Shown: positions 48,683 through 56,243 of the stretch, piece by piece
How positions within the stretch are numbered: the first letter of the stretch is position 1
How the letters are laid out: each line of letters begins with the position of its first letter
Source of the DNA: a virus
Lineage: Duplodnaviria; Heunggongvirae; Uroviricota; Caudoviricetes
Virus record (IMG/VR): IMGVR_UViG_3300028887_000001
Location: 220,088 to 284,087 of that record
Direction: 5' to 3' (one strand)
Length of the DNA: 64,000 nucleotides
Position numbers and translations under genes: made by a program
The notes under the pieces: model-generated
Database searches by the model: none
Seen by the model: the letters and a program-made list of their open reading frames with translations, nothing else
Told to the model about the DNA's origin: nothing

Positions 48683-49846
48683 TCAATCACAGTATATTTG
48701 TCTTGTCAATATCTGGTCGTGGAACTCAGTATCGTAAACAATGTACTGCTGTTGTGGTCTTTCGTATTCAAAGCCATTTGTGAGTGCAAATGAATTATAT
48801 GAGATAATAGAACCATTAACAACCGCATTTGGTGTATTCACACTTGAGTGGAAGTGACCAATAAACAACATGTCCTGTTTAAACACCTTTGAATATTTCA
48901 GACAAAGCCTGTTAAGCGCAGGATATATACCACAAATGGTTCCACTTCCACCAGACTTGATTTGGAATCCATGCGCAAAAATGAACTTCTTTCCATCTAC
49001 GGTCTCTGCAATCGCAAGTTCACCTTCTGGTATGTAGAATTCAATTGGCAATTTATTGATTTCGCAATAATCCTTGATATTTTGGTACATCAGCCACTCA
49101 TAACTCATCTTAAATCCGTTATTGTGTTGAATCTTCTTGCTTGTTCTGCTATGATTTCCAACAATACCAATAAACCTGATTTTCTTAAGTTTTGACAATT
49201 GCTGGTTTTCGCAGAGATATTTAAGACCGCTATAAATTAAAGATTGTGCCTTATATATTGCTTCTAATGGACTTAGTCCGTTCGTTTGTTCCAATTCTTG
49301 GTGAATATACCCTGAAATTGTGTCACCAAGACTGGCAAAAATAAGCTCATCCACATCATCCTGTGCAAGACACGCCGCAAGGTTTCTGAAATATGTTTCT
49401 ATTCTTTGCTCAGCAATTTCTATATTATATTCATTAAGAAAGTTAACCGATTCTGGAGTGACGGTTTCCTCGATGTGTGCGTCACTGAATAATGCGACTG
49501 CATATCTATACCCCCTTTTATTTGAAAAAGGCTTAAACTTATAAATCTGGAATGGCTGTTGCTGTGCCTCCTTTGCTTTAAGGAATTCCTGGTATTCTTC
49601 TTCATCTTCTCTTGGTTGAATTATCACTTGCGGAAGCTCCTGTTGTGTTTCTTCTGTTTTCTTCTTGTTCGGCTCGTACATAATGTACACAACACCATTG
49701 TGCTTAAAATAACCATTAGTGTTAATAGCTCTACTAACCCTTTCTCTTTTCACGTGAATTGCTTTTGATAGCTTGCATATGCTATCATACACATTACCAT
49801 CACTGTCAACCAACCTTGTTGGTATTCCCATTTTTACATTTTGCAT
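48683..49846 (-). CDS. Calcineurin-like metallophosphoesterase with an N-terminal NUMOD1-like DNA-binding segment
   Basis: SDAH, LGD, GNH, HG and GHFH metal motifs. N-terminal DGNVYDSICKLSKAIHV pattern. TAnnTTTG promoter at 49880-49887. Confidence 0.85.
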   Translation of the reverse strand: MQNVKMGIPTRLVDSDGNVYDSICKLSKAIHVKRERVSRAINTNGYFKHNGVVYIMYEPNKKKTEETQQELPQVIIQPREDEEEYQEFLKAKEAQQQPFQIYKFKPFSNKRGYRYAVALFSDAHIEETVTPESVNFLNEYNIEIAEQRIETYFRNLAACLAQDDVDELIFASLGDTISGYIHQELEQTNGLSPLEAIYKAQSLIYSGLKYLCENQQLSKLKKIRFIGIVGNHSRTSKKIQHNNGFKMSYEWLMYQNIKDYCEINKLPIEFYIPEGELAIAETVDGKKFIFAHGFQIKSGGSGTICGIYPALNRLCLKYSKVFKQDMLFIGHFHSSVNTPNAVVNGSIISYNSFALTNGFEYERPQQQYIVYDTEFHDQILTRQIYCD

Positions 49847-49978
49847 ACTTTTAAAACCTTTATTGAATTAATTTCGGTGCAAAAATACTAAAAATGTTTG
49901 ACATAGACAATATTTTACATAAGAAAAATAAAAAAAGCACCCAAAACGGATGCTTATCTATATCATTCCCCCCCAAAA

Positions 49979-50239
49979 TTACCAACCACGACTTCTTCTT
50001 ATTTCGTCATCTCGCAACTTTGCTTTTCTATTTGCTTCAAGATATTTTTCGTCGTGCATGTCATCTAATGGGCTTGAACCAAATGGACCACCCTGATTAC
50101 CAGTCCTCTCTGTGTGACCTTTGTTAAATCCATATCCATTTTCGCTTGAACCGCCAATAAATTCTTTTAAAATTTTATTTACAGACTCTTTCACAACCCT
50201 GTGAAGGTCACTTTCTGTTAATCTAATTACTTGTTTCAT
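49979..50239 (-). CDS. Leader-tagged small protein (86 aa; candidate capsid-internal protein)
   Basis: Leader MKQVIRLTESDLHRVVKESVNKILKE; GATATTTATA upstream; terminator-like hairpin at 49930-49955. Confidence 0.78.
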   Translation of the reverse strand: MKQVIRLTESDLHRVVKESVNKILKEFIGGSSENGYGFNKGHTERTGNQGGPFGSSPLDDMHDEKYLEANRKAKLRDDEIRRSRGW

Positions 50240-50286
50240 ATGATTTAATCTTTATTTTATATATAAATATCTTTAATTTAAAAAAC

Positions 50287-51402
50287 CTATCCAATTATTT
50301 TATTATCGTCATTATTATCATCAGTTACAATTGTCTTTTCAATATTAAATCTGTCAATGTCCTTCTTGAATAATTGATATTCCTTGTCGTGTATGACTTG
50401 TTTAACTATATCATTAAGCCATTCTATTGTTCCCTCTACATGTGTCATGCAATCATATATCGTTCTGTTGAATTCGTCAACTGGCTTAATTACAATGCTT
50501 GAAAATAAATAAGGATAAACGCCATATTCTGTATTATCTGGTATTAAGCTGTCTATTTTCTGCCATATTGGTACACCTATTCTTAAGTCCCACGCTTCGG
50601 CAACAACGATATCTGCTTTTGAAATAACATATTTTGCATCTGCTATGTCATCAGGTAAACCATTTGCTGCAAACATTTCAAAGAATCCCCTATATGTTTC
50701 TTGCAATAATAATGGATAAACCAAGCCTTGAGAACTAATTATTGTTTGTTCATCCTGTTTTCCAATTAATGTTTCAACGTGAGCGCCAAGCATTGGGTTT
50801 TCATCTGTGACATTCTCTTCTTTTGTGAACAAAAGAAAGTCATTGAGTGCAATTATCTGGGAATATAATTCTGTCAATTCAGGATTCCATTCTTTTATAT
50901 TCTCAACATCATATGTTGCCATCATCAATAAATAAGAAATCCCCTGTACCATTGTGTTAATGAACCTCCTTTTCATTATTTCATCATTCGGATTCAATTC
51001 GACATCTTTAAATGAATATTCCGTGGATTCATCAATCTCTGGCATTATCCTAAGTGATACATCTGGCTTAATGTTATCAACAAGTTTACACTCAAGCATT
51101 ACGGTTTCCTTTGGCACATTAAGTGTTGAGTTGACAACTGTTTCGCAAAGACTCTCAAGTTGGCTTCTTAATGGCCTTTCAATCTCCATCGTATCTCTAA
51201 TCAGCTTACTTAACATGTCTAATGCGTCATCTGGAGATGGAATATAACCAAATATATCCTTAACTGAAGAAATTACTTGTTCATATCTACCAATAAGCAA
51301 ATCTGTTGGCAATGACACTGTTTTATCGCCAAAAGCCTTATTATCACCAATAGATGTGTTCTTCGATGTTATTGCTGTTGCTATGAATTCTGGAAAACGC
51401 AT
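50287..51402 (-). CDS. Hypothetical protein (371 aa)
   Basis: Long ORF co-transcribed with 51405-51752; no recognisable catalytic motif. Confidence 0.7.
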   Translation of the reverse strand: MRFPEFIATAITSKNTSIGDNKAFGDKTVSLPTDLLIGRYEQVISSVKDIFGYIPSPDDALDMLSKLIRDTMEIERPLRSQLESLCETVVNSTLNVPKETVMLECKLVDNIKPDVSLRIMPEIDESTEYSFKDVELNPNDEIMKRRFINTMVQGISYLLMMATYDVENIKEWNPELTELYSQIIALNDFLLFTKEENVTDENPMLGAHVETLIGKQDEQTIISSQGLVYPLLLQETYRGFFEMFAANGLPDDIADAKYVISKADIVVAEAWDLRIGVPIWQKIDSLIPDNTEYGVYPYLFSSIVIKPVDEFNRTIYDCMTHVEGTIEWLNDIVKQVIHDKEYQLFKKDIDRFNIEKTIVTDDNNDDNKIIG

Positions 51403-51404
51403 AA

Positions 51405-51752
51405 TTAAATACTTCTAAGAAAATCGCTAAGTTCACCCTTCGTAAAAGTTATACCTTCTTTTATTGTGAATTCAAAATTTGTTTTACTTGCATCAGAACC
51501 AAGTTTTCTTGCCATGTTTTGTGCAGTAGTATACCCATCTGTATTTGCTGGGACCTGTACAGTTGTTGTTGAATCTTGACTTCCGTTTATCTCGTCTGCC
51601 GGGACAGTAACCTTTGTTGCGTCTGGATTCTTATTTAACGTATCTGTTACTGCTTGTGATGCGGTCTTATCTGCACCATCTGTTGAAGCAGCATAATTCC
51701 TCTCCTGGTCTTCCTTCAACATTATGTCTTTCTTGTAATAAACTTTCTTCAT
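51405..51752 (-). CDS. Hypothetical protein (115 aa), late-type promoter
   Basis: GATATTTATT variant upstream; N-terminal ...IMLKE possible cleavage site. Confidence 0.65.
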   Translation of the reverse strand: MKKVYYKKDIMLKEDQERNYAASTDGADKTASQAVTDTLNKNPDATKVTVPADEINGSQDSTTTVQVPANTDGYTTAQNMARKLGSDASKTNFEFTIKEGITFTKGELSDFLRSI

Positions 51753-51788
51753 ATTATCAGATTATATATAATAAATATCTAGACAAAC

Positions 51789-51821
51789 AAAAATGCCACC
51801 CTGATTATTGGGTGGCAAATT
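51789..51821 (-). terminator. Terminator after uvsX
   Basis: TGCCACCC...GGGTGGCA stem. Confidence 0.7.
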
Positions 51822-51835
51822 AGACAGACTTAAAA

Positions 51836-53038
51836 TCATTCACTTGTTTCCGAATCTTCCTCGATAAAATCAATATCGTTAACAGACGTTGTTGTTCCGT
51901 CTTTAAGGTTCTTATTAAGTTCCTTTAATATTTCAGATATATGATTCTTTTGGTACTCTGGAAGTTCTTCCTTTCTGATTAAGCCAAATGGTGTACATAT
52001 GATTTCTCCTTCGTATGTTACGGAATATGGTGATGGGAGGTGATTTTTAACTACCGCAATTTTTGAGACAGTTCCATACCTGTATGTTGCACCCTTTGAT
52101 ATTGCTGTTAATTTCTTTGTTCCAGCAGTCAACGCACCACCAACCCTTAATAACATTCCGTGTGCGGCATATCGCATCGCATCACCACCCTTAAGTCTCA
52201 TTGTCGGTATACCAACCGGGCTTGTTGTTGAATCAAGCCAAATCTTGTTTACAGCAACAAATGTGTTTGTATACTTCGATGATACCTTTCTAGATGATGG
52301 GATTAAATTATTCCATATGTTAGAGAAAGCCTGGCTAATCGCACCAGCATCCCACATATTGTTGTTAGATTTGCTTGAATAACTCTTGAACGATGATATG
52401 CTTCCGATAGAATCCCAGATAAAGACAAATCCTTGCCCAATTTCATCCTGTGAATCAATAAGCTCGTTCATGCTCTTTGCAATGTCTTCCAATACGGCTT
52501 GCTTCCTGTGCTTTGAAACTGACTTATTTGCACTGTAGTCCCAATCACCATACTTTTGCGCGAGAATATTGCTGTTATAATAAATGAAATCACCATCATA
52601 ACCAATAATCTGATTCTCCACCCTTGTTGTGATTTCGCCAGTTTCCTGGTCAACCTCTTCAACTTCAACGTTGCCATATATTGGTGTACACTTGAATCCC
52701 AAATCCTGCAAGAGTTTCCATGACATATTGTTTTCGGTGTCATAAATAACAGGAATTCTTCCCATTTCTTGTGCAGATGCAATTAAATGGCTAATGATTA
52801 ATGATTTTCCAGTATCACTAAACCCAGCAATTACATGACAATATCCTTCCGCAAACCCTGGAATTTTAAGTGTGTCTTGGAATGCTTGTGGCATTAAAAT
52901 AAAGCTTAATGGCTTGTCATTGTTTGCCATTGCAATATTATCCTGGCTTGGTACCAGACCTTGTTTTTCTTTAAATGCTGCCAATCCACTCTTGTGTATG
53001 CCGGCCCCTTTCTTTAATGGTTTTTTAGCTTGTTCCAT
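51836..53038 (-). CDS. uvsX: RecA/UvsX-like recombinase
   Basis: Walker A GFSDTGKS, IWDSIGS, GGDAMRYAA and VKNHL motifs; next to gp32. Confidence 0.88.
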   Translation of the reverse strand: MEQAKKPLKKGAGIHKSGLAAFKEKQGLVPSQDNIAMANNDKPLSFILMPQAFQDTLKIPGFAEGYCHVIAGFSDTGKSLIISHLIASAQEMGRIPVIYDTENNMSWKLLQDLGFKCTPIYGNVEVEEVDQETGEITTRVENQIIGYDGDFIYYNSNILAQKYGDWDYSANKSVSKHRKQAVLEDIAKSMNELIDSQDEIGQGFVFIWDSIGSISSFKSYSSKSNNNMWDAGAISQAFSNIWNNLIPSSRKVSSKYTNTFVAVNKIWLDSTTSPVGIPTMRLKGGDAMRYAAHGMLLRVGGALTAGTKKLTAISKGATYRYGTVSKIAVVKNHLPSPYSVTYEGEIICTPFGLIRKEELPEYQKNHISEILKELNKNLKDGTTTSVNDIDFIEEDSETSE

Positions 53039-53058
53039 AAATATAAAAACTTAATCGC

Positions 53059-54021
53059 TTAGAATGGCAAATCGTCATCATCGCCAGATGAACTTTCATT
53101 ACCGCTTGTATTGTTGTCAAAAGATGAATAGTCTGTTGAGTCATCTTCTGTTTCTTCTGACTCGCTCTCGATTTCTTTAGTCTTATTCAATTCACCCTTT
53201 GCAACCCACTTATTTTCTTCCTTACTCCAAATAGGATACTCTCCTTCTACTACGAGTGATAGGTAGTCATAATCCTTGATTGTGTAAACATCTTCCCACT
53301 TCATTGGGTCATTAACCCACATTTCCATCTGTTCTTCAGTGTCTGCAAGTGGTCTTGTTGTTTCATCATCCTGAATTTGGTAAACCATTTTCTCCTTTCC
53401 TGAGGAATCTGGCTGTCTTTTAACTGTAATAACTAAATCTTTACCCTTATAAAGGTCAAGTATTTCTACGCCTCTTCTTTGTTTTGTTTCGATAAGTGAG
53501 ACAATTTTATCCCAAATACCATCACCATTCTTTGCATCAGGGAATCTCCAGAACTTAACTCCGTGGTCTTCATGTGCTCTATCAATGCAACGAACTAACC
53601 AATAATTCTTTGGTTGATACATGAACTCTACTGATGAGTACTCTTTCCACTTTGCTTCATCTTCTTTGGATTCGAATTTGAGCTTCCTTGCTTCTTCTGA
53701 TGTCTCGCAAAATGGACACCTATCAGCCTTACCCATTCCAACTGGGCACATGAATTTCTTCCACTTTCTCTCTCCGTCTTCATTCTTTGCTCTTACAGAA
53801 TGAACATGAATCTTGTAAAATGGACTCAAATGTGTCTCGGAAAATGGAAGCAATCTAATAACAATCTCCTTTTCTTTTTCATTATCCGACAATCTTGTGT
53901 TAAGATAATGTTTCTCATCAAACTCAAAATTAGTGAACTTCTTCTTTGCCTGTGCGTTCTTTGCAGCCTCTTCTTTCTCAACCTTTTGTGCTAATACGCT
54001 TTCTGTTGTAATATTAACCAT
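53059..54021 (-). CDS. gp32: Single-stranded DNA-binding protein (T4 gp32-like)
   Basis: IRLLPF, H...C...CPFCE zinc site, GKDLVI and acidic tail ending DDDLPF. TAnnTTTG promoter at 54081-54088. Confidence 0.88.
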   Translation of the reverse strand: MVNITTESVLAQKVEKEEAAKNAQAKKKFTNFEFDEKHYLNTRLSDNEKEKEIVIRLLPFSETHLSPFYKIHVHSVRAKNEDGERKWKKFMCPVGMGKADRCPFCETSEEARKLKFESKEDEAKWKEYSSVEFMYQPKNYWLVRCIDRAHEDHGVKFWRFPDAKNGDGIWDKIVSLIETKQRRGVEILDLYKGKDLVITVKRQPDSSGKEKMVYQIQDDETTRPLADTEEQMEMWVNDPMKWEDVYTIKDYDYLSLVVEGEYPIWSKEENKWVAKGELNKTKEIESESEETEDDSTDYSSFDNNTSGNESSSGDDDDLPF

Positions 54022-54123
54022 TTCTTTTAAAAATTTAATAAATTATTATAAACATTTTAACCATGTCTCAAAATTCATTGCAAAAGTACTAAAAAAAAAT
54101 TGAATAGATAAAATTTTTACCAT

Positions 54124-54160
54124 AAAAAATGCGAAGAATTTTGTTTTCTTCGCATTTTCT
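54124..54160 (-). terminator. Terminator
   Basis: AAAATGCGAAGAA...TTCTTCGCATTTT stem. Confidence 0.75.
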
Positions 54161-54171
54161 TAATTCACAAC

Positions 54172-54978
54172 TTAAAACCCTTTAAAAATATCTTTCATTG
54201 TTTGGTTTAATTCCTCATCAAACGACTTTTCAATCTCGCTATCATTGTAGTCATCTACCTGTGCGTTCGTCAATTCGAATTTTCGTTTTTTGTCTTCATC
54301 ACCTTCTGCCTGATATCTTCCATCAAGTTCCTTTTTGTTCCAATAGTCATTTGGAGAAACATTATAAGGATACATCTTTAAACTTTGCATGTTCAATTTT
54401 TCGGTATCCGTTGGGACTCTCTTCTCAAGTTCAGCCTTTAAGCTAACAATATCATTGTTATTCTTTTCAAGTGAACCTTGAATCTTTTCAACTGCTGTTA
54501 TTAAACTTGAGATTCTTCCATCCAACTCTCCAAGGTCGTGACCAATTGTGTTTTGTTTCTTATTAAGCTTCTCTTGCGCTTGCGTTAAATCCTCAACGTC
54601 AAGAACGGTGTCATCAACATTATCATCAAGTTCTGCATCTGGCTCTGGCATTCCTCCCATTGGCGGCATTGCTGCTCCATCCATCGGCGCTTCTGCATCC
54701 TGTTGCATACCTGGGTCACCCTGCGGCATTCCACCACCTTCGCCACCCTGCATGTCTGGTCCCATTCCTGAGTCTCCTTGAGGCATTCCAGGTGCGCCCT
54801 GTGGTTGGCCCATTTCCTGTCCTTGCATATCACCTTGTGGCATATCTGGACCTTGTGGCTGTTCTTCATCTTCTCCGGCCTCTTTCAATGACTCTTGATA
54901 CAATGGGCCCTCTGAAAGTCTCATAAATTGTTTATGGGCTTCCATTAAATTGTGTTTTACAATATATTCCTTGTTCAT
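54172..54978 (-). CDS. Acidic protein with a Pro/Gly/Gln/Met low-complexity region and coiled coil (possible head core protein)
   Basis: GMPQGD-type repeats; N-terminal LME, LSE and LKE sites. Confidence 0.7.
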   Translation of the reverse strand: MNKEYIVKHNLMEAHKQFMRLSEGPLYQESLKEAGEDEEQPQGPDMPQGDMQGQEMGQPQGAPGMPQGDSGMGPDMQGGEGGGMPQGDPGMQQDAEAPMDGAAMPPMGGMPEPDAELDDNVDDTVLDVEDLTQAQEKLNKKQNTIGHDLGELDGRISSLITAVEKIQGSLEKNNNDIVSLKAELEKRVPTDTEKLNMQSLKMYPYNVSPNDYWNKKELDGRYQAEGDEDKKRKFELTNAQVDDYNDSEIEKSFDEELNQTMKDIFKGF

Positions 54979-55003
54979 TTTTGTATTCTATATATTCTTC
55001 ACA

Positions 55004-55162
55004 TTAATCTCTGAGTAATTCACGGTTGTCGTCTGTGAGAATGATTTTCTCTGTCATTGTTCTCTCAATAAGGCTCTTGTCGCCTTTCAGTATTCTGATA
55101 TCACCCTGTGTTGCATCACCAAGAATTTGGTTTGCAAGTTCTATCTTCTCTTTGGTATTCAT
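55004..55162 (-). CDS. Small hypothetical protein (52 aa)
   Basis: ATG at 55162 (MNTKEKIELANQILG...) just after the upstream stop; the track's longer version overlaps the previous gene. Confidence 0.6.
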   Translation of the reverse strand: MNTKEKIELANQILGDATQGDIRILKGDKSLIERTMTEKIILTDDNRELLRD

Positions 55163-55169
55163 GATTACA

Positions 55170-55493
55170 TTAATTTTCTTTATTATCTTCGTTTTCAGTT
55201 TCTGTGGTTTTTTCTGTCTTTTTTGTTCGTCTTGGTTTCTTTGTAGGCTTCTCTTCTTCAACAGCCTCTTGTTCAACAACGACTTCCTGTGTTTTAACCA
55301 CTTCTTCTGGTTTTGTTTCTACGACCTTTTCAACAACATCTTCCTTAACTTTGCCTTCCTTTTTTACCGTAAGTTTTACTTTTGGTTCTTCAGGCTTCTT
55401 GTTTTCAGATTGTGCCGGTTGATGTTCATTCATGCGCTGCATTGCCATACGGCTCACAACAGGCCTTCTTATTTGTCTTTTTATTACATTCAT
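55170..55493 (-). CDS. Lys/Glu-rich low-complexity protein (107 aa)
   Basis: ORF with TATTTATA at 55514-55521 upstream. Confidence 0.65.
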   Translation of the reverse strand: MNVIKRQIRRPVVSRMAMQRMNEHQPAQSENKKPEEPKVKLTVKKEGKVKEDVVEKVVETKPEEVVKTQEVVVEQEAVEEEKPTKKPRRTKKTEKTTETENEDNKEN

Positions 55494-55530
55494 ATATCGA
55501 CGTTTTTATAATATATAAATATATAGAAAA

Positions 55531-56163
55531 TTATTTTTTTGTGTTCCTTTCAAATATACTGGCGATTACATACTCTTTTCCTGAGAACCAGTCACTTAAT
55601 TTCCACATGTTCTTTGATGTTGTAAAGTATATCTTATTATGCTTTTGTTCCCTAATCTTGTTAATTATCTTATCCCTATTAATACCTATGTAATTTAAAT
55701 GTGTAAATGATACGCCAATGACATTTGTTGCATCTAAAGAAAGATATAACATATTCCTATCAATAATGAAATAATTTACATTCTTCTTTAATAAATTATT
55801 AAATAATATATTATATAATTTCTTTATCTTATCTAATTTAAGATTATATATGTTTATATAGTGATATGTTATATTATCACCCTGATGTTTAACAATCTCA
55901 TTCTTAAATGCTGTAATATCCTCTTCATAATATTCACGTTTCTCGGTCTTTTTGAATGTCCACATATCACCATTTGGGTATCTGTGATTTAAAATGTCAA
56001 ACTTCCAACCATTGAGAGACGCATACGCCTTTGCCTCTTCCAAACCAATAATCAACTTTGGAATATCTAATACACACTCGCTTAAATCACCCACAATTTG
56101 GATTATATCCTCTTGTAAATCACTATACTTAACCTTACTAACTATGTAACCAAAATAAAGCAT
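55531..56163 (-). CDS. Hypothetical protein (210 aa), early-type promoter
   Basis: ATG start with TAnnTTTG at 56192-56199. Confidence 0.65.
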   Translation of the reverse strand: MLYFGYIVSKVKYSDLQEDIIQIVGDLSECVLDIPKLIIGLEEAKAYASLNGWKFDILNHRYPNGDMWTFKKTEKREYYEEDITAFKNEIVKHQGDNITYHYINIYNLKLDKIKKLYNILFNNLLKKNVNYFIIDRNMLYLSLDATNVIGVSFTHLNYIGINRDKIINKIREQKHNKIYFTTSKNMWKLSDWFSGKEYVIASIFERNTKK

Positions 56164-56243
56164 CTTTGCACCTAACCGTTAAAATTTGATGCAAAGATAC
56201 TAAAAAAGTTTTATATAATAAAATTATTAAACAAAAATGTAAC

